From assembly GCA_011109175.1 (NCBI GenBank), contig RDEW01000025.1, positions 217,990-281,989 on the forward strand: 64,000 nucleotides of DNA. The letters are read 5' to 3'. The translations under genes and the position numbers were made by a program. Below, in pieces: positions 1-12,300 of the stretch (its first letter is position 1; every line of letters begins with the position of its first letter). The notes beneath the pieces were generated by a model, which ran no database searches, had not been told where the DNA came from, and was given only the letters and a program-made list of their open reading frames with translations. Origin of the DNA: Dicyema japonicum (lineage: Eukaryota > Animalia > Dicyemida).

Positions 1-354
1 ATCCCATATGTGTCTTAAGATCGATATCAAAAATAACTTTAATGCCATACATCATTATGTAATCCTGGAGGATTGATCTAGTCAGTGGAGAAAAGTACTC
101 AATAAACGAAAGATTTAATTTTATATAAAAATGTTGGCTTTGATAACTGACAAAAATGGGACACCTTGAAAACGGTTTTCATTTTTCTGAAGAGAGACGA
201 AAGTTTTAATTTTGTCTTAAACCATGTTGGGCGTGGTAAGGGACAAATACGAAGAGAATAAAACATCAACTTAACCGTTTCCTCTTGTGGCTGAACGAAA
301 CCACTAACAATTAGACCTATTTGAGTTCAAATGAATTTTGACCAATTTGACACT
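1..354. repeat. Direct repeat, copy 1 (truncated by window start); copy 2 at 2047-2400
   Basis: atcccatatg...gagttcaaatgaattttgacc(a/t)atttga aligns by eye with 2047-2400, with scattered substitutions. Confidence 0.95.
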
Positions 355-429
355 ACTCAAAATTTATATGCCCTACTCATCAGAGTAAAGGAGAAGATCA
401 TTAAACTTCTAATCAAATCAATAATTGAA

Positions 430-1480
430 AAAATATTTGACCGCTTAATGACACGTGTTGTGTGATTTGTATTCCTCTTTCTTTCTTCAAGTGGTGTAAT
501 CGGATCCACATGGTGCAAATTGAATTGAAAGATTGGTAGGGAAAAGGAAATTCCTGGCACAGAAGGTGAAATTACAAGTGGTAATTCATTATTAGAGTAA
601 TTCACGTATCATTAGATTGACCAANCCTGGCACAGGTGAAATTACAAGTGGTAGTTGATTATTAGAGGAATTCACGTATCATTAGATTTACCAAGTAGCT
701 CAATAGGGAATTACTAAAAAAACTCTTAACGAATCTTTTATGAGATGAACCACCCTTATGTTAAAGTCCTGCTCAAAAATAAGACCCGTGATTCAGAAGC
801 AATTGATAAATATTTTGAAGTTTGGAATAAAGACAATTCGTGAATTTGTGTATCAAAAGGGTATTCGGGTAGATTAGCGCAAATTGTATTAAATGCGTTC
901 TATTAATACATATCAGAGAAAAAACCCGATTATTAAAAACGGTTACCTTACGTGAAAAGTTGGATGAATAAATTATATATCGTGCTCTTGAAAATCGTTA
1001 CAATAGGTTTATGTGGCAGTATAATTCTCCACTGGTGAAATAAAACCTAACCGTGGTCCCTCTAGGAGATAAATCGGACATCCTGATCTGGCTATGCAAG
1101 CCCTCTGGGAGTATTGCCATCTGATGAGGAGAATTATTATACCATCATGTGGTATCAGATATTTTGTCTTCCAATAGTTTTTCATCGATGGCTACCGTTT
1201 GTATAGTTTCTATGCGTTGATAGATTAAAGATTTTTTTCAAGGAGCACGTTAAGGATTGCCACGAGGCTTGCTTAGATGCTGAGACGGATAGATATGTTA
1301 TTTTATCAGATATCTTGAGGATAAAGATCAGTTGGGAGATATGAATTTTAAAATAACAGATACCCAAAAGGGAATTACTGCTTGCCAAATTGATATGAAA
1401 ATAGAAAGGATCCTTTATGAAATCTCGGAGGTAGCATGAGGAAAGTGAGGAAGTAATGAAGCCTTGATCGCTTATTATTG
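430..1480 (+). pseudogene. PNPT1: Decayed polyribonucleotide nucleotidyltransferase (PNPase) fragment
   Basis: Frame-broken translation gives IKTIREFVYQKGIRVD, NRFMWQYNSP-TGEIKPNRGPSRR*IGH, VVSDILSSNSFSSMATVC and [32 protein letters not shown]. These match the order of PNPase RNase PH domain-2 motifs (RRExGHG, EVLESNGSSSMAS, DILGxEDxxGDMDFK). Several stops and frameshifts. Confidence 0.8.
553..694. repeat. ~70-bp tandem duplication with an N at the junction (625)
   Basis: cctggcacag...attagatt(g/t)accaa at 553-624 and again at 626-694. Confidence 0.9.
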
Positions 1481-2046
1481 CCACTGGATCTTTTGCTAAA
1501 TCGTCTGAAAAGCAACTCTAAGGAAGGAGGATTTGGCTTGTGACGTTTATAATGTGCTTTTCTATCGAAGACAGGAGGTGGCAGCGGTGGGGAGGAGAGG
1601 ATAGTGCGACGGAGGAAGCGAGTAATTGGGCCAATATTTTTAGTTAAGTCTACCCAATGGTGCGCAGAAATTATATGTATAATTCCAAGATTATGCAAAG
1701 GATGTGATTGAAAATATAACCTTACTATGGAATACGGAGGTGCTGGAATGGTCGGCCAAGAATCCTAAACCGATGTAGCGGTGATGAATAATGTTACCAA
1801 NTCTGAGTTTCTTTAGGAAACGTATTATTAGTATTTAACCTCACTTTCCCGGACATTTTTGGGGTACGTATTCGCACATGTGTGCAACCCCTTTAGCACT
1901 TACTGTTATAGTCTTTAAGACGTGACCTTCAATGATATTTTCAATAACTTTCAACTTTATCAATTGCCGTAAAAATTTCAACTTTTAGCCATGTCTGTAA
2001 AGCAGCAATTCATACTGTGCGTATTTTTTCACAACATAACAAAAAT

Positions 2047-2400
2047 ATCCCATATGTAACCTTAACATCGATATAAAAAATAACTTCAATACCATACATC
2101 ATTATGTAATCCTGGAAAATTTATCTTGTCAGTAAAGAAAAGTACTCAATAAACGAAAGATTTAATTTTATATAAAAATGTTGGCTGTGATAACTGACAA
2201 AAATGGGAGACCTTGAAAACGGTTTTCAATTTTCTGAAGAGAGACGAAAGTTTTAATTTTGTCTTAAACCATGTTGGGCGTGGTAAGGGACAAATACGAA
2301 GAGAATAAAACATCAACTTAACCGTTTCCTTTTGTGGCTGAACGAAACCACTAACAATTAGACCTATTTGAGTTCAAATGAATTTTGACCTATTTGAAAC
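2047..2400. repeat. Direct repeat, copy 2 of 1-354
   Basis: Direct sequence match to the start of the window. Confidence 0.95.
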
Positions 2401-3428
2401 TCCTCAAACATATTCAATGAATTCTGTATTCTTAGCCTTTTTATGCGGCATAGGACGCCGATCAATGCTGGGTCGTCGAGACAAGGTTTAATCTTGCATT
2501 TCTGCTGACATTCTAAAGTAAGATTTACAAGCCCACAACCCAAGCGAAGCAAACTTCACAAAGGTCCTACATAAACTAAATATTTTAAATGTATCAAGAA
2601 AACTCCATTTAATCTAAACTTTACAGACAGACAATGGAATGTGCTTCTAATAATCCTACATCGAATCAATTCACAATAACGGTCAAATGTTCTCATGGTG
2701 AGCAGTACTACGACTTGTATATGTGAAGTCTAAAGTTATCCGTATGGAAGAATCCCGATCGGTTTTGAAAAAAGCAGCCTGGTCGAGTTCCTTTGCAAAA
2801 GTTCGAGAAGATACATCCGAAAGACGGTGGATCTCTAGCGGACCGCTCAAATAGAGTGCGGGAATTATTATAAATTGGGATTACTTAATTAGTTGGCTTT
2901 GACACTATTTCTTGGTGGTCACTGATTTTCTTAAATTATTTAATCACATATTTTAGTGATACTCGGTCAAAGATGCTGAGATTTTCGTCTGCACAAATAT
3001 TGTGAGATCCACCGTGTCCTTAAATGCCGACAAATGGAGTTAGCGGATGGAGTTAGGATGGAGTTAGGTTAGCGGATAATTAAGACTCGTCCTGGAAAGT
3101 TAGCAATCTGAGAATAACAATATTGTCTCATCTCCCATTACAGAGATTCAACTAAATAACGACACAATGGGCATGTTCACTACAAAACTAGTGCATGAAG
3201 CACGTGTCAATAAAATTTCTTCAAAACACACTTAACTATCGTGGTGATTTCTATAAATTCCCTACTGTCACTTGGCTGGTGGTTAAACTAGATTTGATTC
3301 TTCATATAAAATTTAAAATAAACTAAGCGTTACTCTCCGAAAACAACATATCCTCAAATATTGGCTGATCATAAGTAAATAAACAAAAAATAAAAAAGTA
3401 TCAAACATTAACCAGAAATTGTTAAAAG

Positions 3429-3866
3429 TTAGAATCGTAATCTCTGAGCCAATTGTAGATCACTGAGATATATGGTTACTCTCTTGGCATGAGTTGCACA
3501 CAAATTAGCGTCTTCGAACAGTGATATTAGAAACACTTCAGAAGCGTCCTGAAGGCACATGAGAGCAGTAGATTGAAATCGTAGAGGATTTTCTTTAAAT
3601 AAATTCATGGCAACATCCCTCACAACTCGCGCAAATGGTAGAGTTGCACACAAATTAGCGTCTTCGAACAGTGATATTAGAAACACTTCAGAAGCGTCCT
3701 GAAGGCACATGAGAGCAGTAGATTGAAATCGTAGAGGATTTTCTTTAAATAAATTCATGGCAACATCCCTCACAACTCGCGCAAATGGCAATTTTCTTAA
3801 TAAAATCTTGTCATTCTTTCGTATTCCTGTTTTTTTTAGTTTGGATGGTTCCCTCTTAGTTCTCAT
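3429..3866 (-). CDS. CENPA: Histone H3 variant, CenH3/CENP-A-like, with an in-frame 50-aa internal duplication
   Basis: Histone fold [28 protein letters not shown]...[28 protein letters not shown]. Loop 1 is 2 aa longer than in canonical H3, Q68 is Ala and T107 is Ala (CenH3 diagnostics); F84 is retained. Starts MRTK. Confidence 0.8.
   Translation of the reverse strand: MRTKREPSKLKKTGIRKNDKILLRKLPFARVVRDVAMNLFKENPLRFQSTALMCLQDASEVFLISLFEDANLCATLPFARVVRDVAMNLFKENPLRFQSTALMCLQDASEVFLISLFEDANLCATHAKRVTIYLSDLQLAQRLRF
3491..3790. repeat. 150-bp tandem duplication inside the CenH3 ORF
   Basis: 3491-3640 equals 3641-3790 except for one mismatch (3639 t vs 3789 c). Confidence 0.97.
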
Positions 3867-3989
3867 AACAAAAAAAAATATCCAAGCGCCAATTAAAACT
3901 TATATTTAAATTATATAAAATTATTTTATATGTAGTATAGTTGTTTAATTGGATTTATTGTTAAAACAAAGTGATTTAAACAAAAGCAT

Positions 3990-4510
3990 AGCTATTTCCT
4001 ATCATGATGGCGAGCGATCAAATTGGCAGCAATGCTCACGTGGATATTCTACTGCTCGCGTAGAAATTCGATTCCCTAAAAGACTCTGGAATTTCACCGT
4101 TTCAGGCGCAAGTAAACCAGACGTTTCAAATGCGAACGGGAACAAGAAATACTCGAGTAGGACCGCGTACTTTGTTTGTTTTAACTTTCCGGCCTTCTCA
4201 GCAGCAGAACAGAATCCAGAGGCACTCTGATGTAGTTTGTAATGGGCGAATGTTTCGGTACAGGTGACGTCCACTGCACTCTTTCTGCTGGAGAGCTGAG
4301 TGAACTGTCAATCTTGTCTCCGCATCGGTATGCATGCGGAACTTTTTAACTTTCCGGCCTTCTCAGCGGCAGAACAGAATCCAGAGGCACTCTGATGTAG
4401 TTTGTTATCGGCGAATGTTTCGGTACAGGTGACGTCCACTGCACTCTTTCTGCTGGAGAGCTGAGTGAACTGTCAATCTTGTCTCCGCATCGGTATGCAT
4501 GCGGAACGCA
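3990..4510 (-). mobile_element. CRE-like RLE non-LTR retrotransposon 3' relic containing a ~165-bp tandem duplication
   Basis: VDVTCTETFA...AAEKAGKLKQTKYAVLLEYFLFPFAFETSGLLAPETVKFQSLLGNRI is an endonuclease-region motif; 4179-4342 is repeated at 4344-4507. Confidence 0.75.
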
Positions 4511-5093
4511 GACTTTTAATCTGAGTCGTAATGAGATTTCAATACGGACCATTAAGGTATTCGAACGGTTCTGAATAGGCACCGATTTCGGAAGACAACA
4601 AACAAGCACGGCGGTGTCGGTTAGATGACACCAGCTATTATTCAAATTACTTCTAGCATACGGCTTGGTTCAGACCTAGTTGAGAGATCACGGAAGGTAG
4701 GGAAAACAGATGAAAGGGTCCAAAAGATTAATCTACGGATGAAACTTAGCAGGGATTAAACGATTAATCCACGATAGAATCTTCACGAGGACCAAACGAT
4801 CCCCCTAGGGAAATGTTTCTGAAAGATTATTATTCGAAAAATAATTATCGTTTTTATAGAAAAGTCGTTAAGCACTCTAAGGGTTATTTCACTGGATTTC
4901 GTAAGTGTTTCAGAATACTGCCTTCTTTATCCGTGTTCTTAGATCGAGGATGAAAATCCGCATCTTTTAACCACGAGGATTATCGCTGTAGAAACTCTTT
5001 TATACCTCATTGATCCTGCCTTTGCACCTGAATATCCTTAAGATCCGATCCTCTTTCTTTTCGCTCCTTATGTTCTCATCACTATTGTTTCCT

Positions 5094-5361
5094 CCTCTAA
5101 TAGTTCTATCATCTAGATTAATGTCAAATCCTTTACCACATCTGATCTGGAGACCTTGCTTGCGAATCTCAATATCTCCTTACGTGGACGTGAGAAACGT
5201 ATTCAACAAAACATTTAATTTAGAAGACCTCTAATAGTTCTATCATCTGGATTAATGTCAAATCTTTTACCACATCTGATCTGGAGACCTTGCTTGCGAA
5301 TCTCAATATCTCCTTACGTGGACGTGAGAAACGTATTCAACAAAACATTTAATTTAGAAGA
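5094..5361. repeat. 134-bp tandem duplication
   Basis: cctctaatagttctatcatct...atttaatttagaaga at 5094-5227 and 5228-5361, few mismatches. Confidence 0.93.
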
Positions 5362-5399
5362 TACTTGCGGGGAAGAGATTTATGATTATTTCGATGTTG

Positions 5400-5580
5400 T
5401 TTGTCTCAAAGAAGTACGAAAAGTTGGCAACTAATCTTGAATCCATGAATGAAGTGAAATTTCTGCATGGACAAGAGAGCTATCGGTACCTCGGTGTTTT
5501 CGAGGACAAAGGAAGTAATGTCATGAAGTCTTGAACAATATTCCTGAAAATGTGAGAAAGAAGACTATAAACTTGTTCCG
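5400..5580 (+). mobile_element. R4-like RT relic
   Basis: LHGQESYRYLGVFEDKGSNVM resembles EEHEGYKYLGVTES of the intact element at 9.4-12.3 kb. Confidence 0.45.
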
Positions 5581-6139
5581 TGGACCCCAGGTTGGGAACC
5601 ACTGCTTTAGAGAATACCATTCTTGATAGATTCAGATGTGACTGTATGAGGTTCGTGGCATGTAGAACTCCAGTAGCAGCAACTGCTCCAACCTTCAATA
5701 AAACGTCCACGGAATTATATTCCCTCATTATATTACTATTAGCTTTCTTTAGTTTGGTCTCATTTACCACCAGATGCCCAAGTAAGTAGTGCTAGTTCAT
5801 TATGCCTTTTCTTTAAGGATCGTCATTCACTAGCACTACCTTGCTTCTTCAAGGCCAAGGTCGCTATTTCCATTAAATCCACCTGCGGAATCGAGCACAG
5901 ATGGTTTAGCTGTGAAATAATCTCCGATTTTTCCGTATATACCTTCTCTGATAGATTGGATAGGACTTGATTGGAACGTAGCTGTCTGTGCTTACACGTT
6001 CTCCCAATATGTCACACGGGCCAAGCGATGCCTATGGGCAGCCCGTTACATAAACCTTGAACTAAGATTAACCTCATTTAATTTCATTATTTTTTTTATT
6101 TTTTTTAAACTAATAACAAATTATTGAAGAATAAAACCA

Positions 6140-6900
6140 AATAGTTAAAGGATACTGGCTGCTCTCAGGATTGAGAGCGCATTTCCCCTTACGATCTGTA
6201 AGGAGATGCGCTCAATGAGCCAGCCCTTCTCTCTGACATCCCTCTTCCTTTTAGCGACTAACGATCCAATTTTGTTGAGCAGGGTTAACGACCTGCTTCC
6301 TATGACTCCCGAAGTTTCGACTGCGACTGGTTCAAATGTGTACTGCTCGCCGAGGCATGTGTACTTCATTATTGATTTAATAACTACAAAGAATATTAAT
6401 TTAAAAAAAACAAAATTGCAGTTAGGGTAGTATTAGGAAAGTGCTGCTGCTGACATTACGAAGTAGGCGTTACCGTGGACGACTGCAATCCCATCCGTTG
6501 CTTCAACCAGACCGGTTTCCGCACGTCTTTCTTGCAATAGGCCAATTTCCATTGTTTTCCGTCAGGAACGAGGCTTTGATACTTCCCACAGAACAAGGCG
6601 TTTCGATTGCCATCGGTACAAAACGAAAGGGGTCTCCAATTCCACAATATTTTTTTATCTTGATTTTCTCATCAAGATCGGCTAACGTTACAGCAGACTG
6701 CGTCGAAGTGAGCATCATTGAGTTAGAAACAGAATCAACACAAGTGNTCGATTACCACCGGTACAAAAGGAAAGCGGTCTCTATTTTCACCATATTTTTC
6801 TCATCAAGATCGGCTAACGTTACAGCAGACTGCGCCGAAGTGAGCATCATTGAGTTAGAAAAAAATCAAACAAGTACAGTCCAGTCCCACACTAGCGATT
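6140..6900 (-). mobile_element. Two or three CRE-like 3' relics (RLE domain), one duplicated across the N at 6747
   Basis: KYTCLGEQYTFEPVAVETSGVIGSRSLTLLNKIG...WLIERISLQIVRGNALSIL; EKIKIKKYCGIGDPFRFVPMAIET. Confidence 0.85.
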
Positions 6901-7149
6901 TTCCCTCAGAGAATTTAAATATTGTTAGCCCATTCCCGCCTCCGGAAATAACACTTTATCTCCCTCACTAAAATTATATTTACAAGTATGGACATTCATT
7001 TTCCTGTTCATAGCCTTGTAATAACTCGAATCTTCTACAATCGGTTTGATTTCGAAGTTGAATCTTGTCGCATTCGGTAACAAATTATCTGAATTGGAAA
7101 TATCTGCATATAGATTTTAAACCGAATAACGTGTATGTCAATAGATTCT

Positions 7150-8600
7150 GGATTCGAACAATTAACCGAATCCCCCATTTGCTATGAAATCACACAGTCT
7201 TTACTTAAATTATCTAAGATTTAATAAGATATAAGTACAGCCATGAATTATTGAATTTATTCCATTAATTCCTCGAAATCTTTCGAAGGACTTTCGCCAG
7301 AATATGAATGGGCAGAAACGTTGTAACTGTACGCAGCATATTATAACTTATCAAGCCACTTTTCTGTTATCCAGCATTTTGGACAACTTTCTCGTTATCG
7401 TTTGATTGAATCTTTGACGATCCCTTGTGACCGAGGATTGTTAGGCCTTCCGTGAATTTACTTTATGTTGAAATCAATGGAAAGTTTTTTATTTCTCGAT
7501 TTCTAAATTCAGACCCATTGAAGAAATTTGCATGGCATATTAGGTAAGACAAGGATCTTGGATTTCACACACTTCTTTTCCAGACTTATTAGAGCCTGAC
7601 AAATGCGAATCTATAAAAATTTTTTAAAAAACCAACCTACTATATATCAGTGACCGTTAATATCAATTTGAAATTTTGATTTATTGTTGAAAATCTTTTC
7701 AGATCTAAAAGATCTATCTGAAAACGTTCATTTGGACAGGAAGCGAACACGTGGTGATTTACATCTCCAATCTGCAATTAAACTTTTAAAGGACACTAAA
7801 ATTTGCAAACTTCATAATTTCGAATGACTTCTCTGATAATCTCACTCTCTACAGTAAATTATCTTTGTCGACATTCATACTCGATTTTACTTACTCCTCC
7901 GTGTAAAAACTCGTGTAATGATTTCGCCACGAGCTCCATTTCGGATTCATTCTCCAGGGATGTGGCTAACTTGGGATGAGTGCATTTAAAACCTGTAGAT
8001 TTATTGCATATTTACAATACCTTTCATTGATAATAGAAACATTCTCTATCTTCTTAACAGTGCCTCGGAGATTACGGGNAGATCTATCTGAAAACGTTCA
8101 TTTGGACAGGAAGCGAACACGTGGTGATTTACATCTCCAATCTGCAATTAAAAGAAATCTTAAACTTTTAAAGGACATAAAATTTGCAAACTTCATAATT
8201 TTCGAATGACTTCTCTGATAATCTCACTCTCTACAGTAAATTATCTTTGTCGACATTCATACTCGATTTTACTTACTCCTCCGTGTAAAAACTCGTGTAA
8301 TGATTTCGCCACGAGCTCCATTTCGGATTCATTCTCCAGGGATATGGCTAACTTGGGTTGAGTGCATTTAAGACCTGTGGATTTATTGCATATTTACAAT
8401 ACCTTTCATTGATAATAGAAACATTCTCTATCTTCTTAACAGTGCCTCGGAGATTACGGGAAATTTATTATCCAAAGCATCTTTTAAAATTTCATCAAGG
8501 TACTAANATAGAAACATTCTCTATCTTCTTAACAGTGCCTCGGAAGATTACGGGAAATTTATTATCCAAAGCATCTTTTAAATTTTCATCAAGGTACTAT
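7150..8600 (-). mobile_element. Ginger/GIN-like (KRBA2-type) DDE integrase relic with duplicated segments
   Basis: Broken translation gives LHEFLHGGVSK...IREVIRNYEVCK (HHCC finger), PNERFQIDL, GSEFRN, and HGRPNNPRSQG..RFNQTITRKL. 7711-8078 is repeated at 8081-8460 across the N at 8079. Confidence 0.65.
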
Positions 8601-9329
8601 CCTCAGGATAGAGTCTATACGGATTTATTCCACATAGTCTTTCACAAAATCCTTGTAAGAACCCATTACAACAAAATAATCCTCCAAGCTAAATATCACG
8701 TTAGAAATTTAGGTTTGTCGCTATAAAAAATAAAATATTAATAATCATAACGTAAAAAAATCATAACGTTTATGAATAAAAAATAATCTAACATGATAGA
8801 AATCACAGATATAAAAAAATTAAATGTCGGATAATCGCCGCCTATTCTCATATTAAAATCCATAAATGAACTCAAACCTCAAACATGACAATAATCAACC
8901 ATGCTCACACTATCTTTAGACCTGTGAGAATTCCGTAAGATCAATCTCTTCAGGTAAAAAAATTACCGTCTGAAATAATGTCAATTGATTCGTAGTTTAA
9001 GAGAGTTTTCTCAATTTTCTCCTTTCAGGCGTTGAATGGGGTCTTTTAGTGAAATTCACAGTGTGAGACATAAAATCCGTCTCGGGTTTTGCAGTCGTTT
9101 TATCGAGATGAAACCTCACCCTCTTTTTTGAATAATCATTTTGTCGTCTAGTTTTTATTCTAAAAATAGTTATTCTCAAAAAAAATTACTAACCCTGAAC
9201 AAGCTAAATTGTCCATCACAAACTCAAATAGTAGCGGTATTTTTACTATTTTGTTAATTAAATTAAAGTTTTTATATAATAATTAATAAAATTGTTAATT
9301 ATTTGAGAAATATGTACGTAAACAACCCC

Positions 9330-12300
9330 TTTTATTTAATAAACAATAAAAAAGTTAATATATTTATTAATCAACAACCTTCCTCGCCTGCCTGTTCGCC
9401 AGCCTCCTCAGGCAGGTTCGATTCTGGTTGCTGAAACAACTCCGAGAGCGCTTTGTCTAATTGAACCCTCTGCCCATATGGCATCTCAGGGCTCTGCCTC
9501 CTATACTCCAGTGTCAGGCTCTCTAGGGTCCGCTTTAACACAGTGGACTGTAGATAGGCCTGGAGCTTCCTATCTACCCCCAACTGCTTCAGATAACCCT
9601 TGTGGTACTTTGTTGCAATTCCTTCCCACGTCATTACTATAGGAATAACGAGGACCTTGCAACCAAGCATCTGCCCCATCTCGTTTGCAAGAAAGTCATA
9701 CTTCCTTTTTTTCTCCACCTCCACAGTCTGCAAACGGTCTTGAGACGTGATGCCAACCTCTATGATAAGGACTTGGCCAGACTCCTTATCGTGTACCACA
9801 ATGTCCGGTTTATTGTGCTTGACTAGCACCGAGGTACGGATAACACTGTCTACCTTAATTTGGACCCTGGTGTTCTCTACTACAGATTGCACCTTATGAG
9901 TCCGCAACTTTCTGGTGTGGCGAATACCATACTTATTGCATAGTAGAAGATGAAGACTCCTTACTACCTCGTTGTGCCTCCACACATAGTCGTGGCAGAG
10001 CATGGATCCACATCGAGTGGCTAAATGATCAACCGACATGCTCCTTGACTTACAGTGGGGACATGTATTTGTTGATCGACCCCAAAAAATATTGCGGTCT
10101 TGCATATACGTGTACAACGCCTCCGATCGAGGTGAGTTGTCACCGTATTTTAGCCATATTGTCGACGACTTAAGGTCGACATGTGGGTTGTCCAATGCTC
10201 TGAAGAGGACCTTATGAAGGCTTTTTAAGTTGATCTTTTCCATCAAATTATTATATTGTAATTCGATCAACGCCTTCACATTTACTAGCCCACCATCATC
10301 AACACCATACTTAGCAGACAAAAAAGGTCTGATAGTGCCTAGGTGGGTTGCCCGTGTTTTCTCGGTCGTTATTATGGCGTGCTTCCTAGCAGACACACTT
10401 GACCCAGCTATCAGGGTGTCGTGCATTCGCATTAGGATACGCTCACTTAGTTGGACTACTCCACACAGTCCACGGCCGAATTTATCACGGGGTAAATATA
10501 GTCTCTCCTTATTGGCTGCCAACACATGGACATGGTTCTCTCTGAGTACTCCACGGATCATAACATCCATCTCATCATACTCTTTGGGCTCAAACTCCAC
10601 AACACCTATGTAGTAGTTTAGCAGCGAGACAGCATACTCATTTAATGCTAGGAACAAATTCCTTGCATTTAGAGACGTCTTACACAATAACGCTGCTCTT
10701 TTACGGATGCCTTCAGTAATTTGTCGCTTTGTCTCAGGCATTATAAGGGACTTTGGAGATTCGGTAACACCCAGATACTTATATCCTTCGTGTTCCTCTA
10801 GGACTCTTACTAACTCGCTACATACTTGCGTGTTAGTCGCAGACTTTGAATAATTCAAATCTAGCCCTATACTCTCAAAGAATTCCCTGGCACAGACCCC
10901 CATGGAGTAGAGCTCCTCGGCTGTTCGAGCATACATCTTCAAGTCATCGATAAAAAGAAGGTGATTTGTACTGAAACAGACCCCTTCACAATGAACTGGT
11001 ATTTGCTCAAACCGGTCATTGAGGCGGCGACTCAATGGCTCCAAACAGAGAACAAAGAGTAGCGGAGACATGCTATCCCCCTGAAGGATCCCCCTCTTGA
11101 GTTTTACCTCGCCTATCCGGTGCCTATTATAGTTCAGATGAATACTCCACCTATTCATCACAGCCACTACAAAGCTGATGAACCACACAGGCATACACAG
11201 ACTGTGTAGGCACTCGACAAGGTAAGAATGATCAACTGAATCGTAAGCCTTCTTCACATCCACCCACATAGACAAAAGTGAGTTTCCGTGAGACACAGAA
11301 AGGCATTTGTTGATCAAAGCCTGCTCTTTTGCCCCCTGACAATTTCGCACAGTTCCCAACTGATTCTCGGAGAGAATCCCATTTGCGTCTACAAAGCTCC
11401 TGACCTCATTAGCCACCAATTTGGTCATCAGCTTATACAGGGTTGGCATGCAGGTTATCGGTCGATAATCTGCAGCAGACTGGGGGTTGTCCAGCTTTGG
11501 GATCAAATAAGTTGTCCCTGTGCATGCCCAATCAGGAATCGTTTCCGGGTTAGTGATGCTTTTCTGTAATACACGACACATAGACTCGTGTAATGAAGTG
11601 CATCTTTTGATAAAGAAATTATAAACTTTATCGACCCCGGTCGTCTTCCAATCAGGGAGATGTCTCACTACCGCCTCAAATTTCTTGCGAAAATCGAAAA
11701 TTCCGCAAGATTCCGCCAAGAAAGGAGCGGCGCTGTACGGGACATTCCACGCATTTCCTCTGCGTGGTTTAGCCTCCCACATACTACCCCATGTGGAAAG
11801 CATTTCCGCGTCCTGCTGGGAACATACACTATGGCCATTTTCGTGTAGGCGACGGTAAAACAATCTGCGATTAAACTCAAACAGATTATTTTCTCTCCTT
11901 CTCTTACACCGACTTTCATGTGTATAGAGTTTCCTCTTATACACCATTATTGCCCCCTCTAACTCCACCTTTGCCCTCCTCAACTCTTTGAGGTCCCATT
12001 TGGGAACACGGAGTTTACTAATTAGCCCCTTTACTATAGCCGGTGCTTTTCCTCTAACCCCTCTCGCCACACTACTTATGTGCCCCTCCAGTGCTTCCAG
12101 CTCAGTCTGTCTCCAAGCAATCTTGGCACAGATCTGCTCCCTCCATTTACTGGGTGGTCTGGGCTTGTCCGTCAATTCCTCATAGGTGATCTGTGCTGCA
12201 TACAGCACTAGGGAGATGTCACCCAATGACCCTACTGGCTTAGCCTCCACCGCATAAGCCACAGCCTTATTGATGCAGGTTAACACTCACCGTTAACCTT

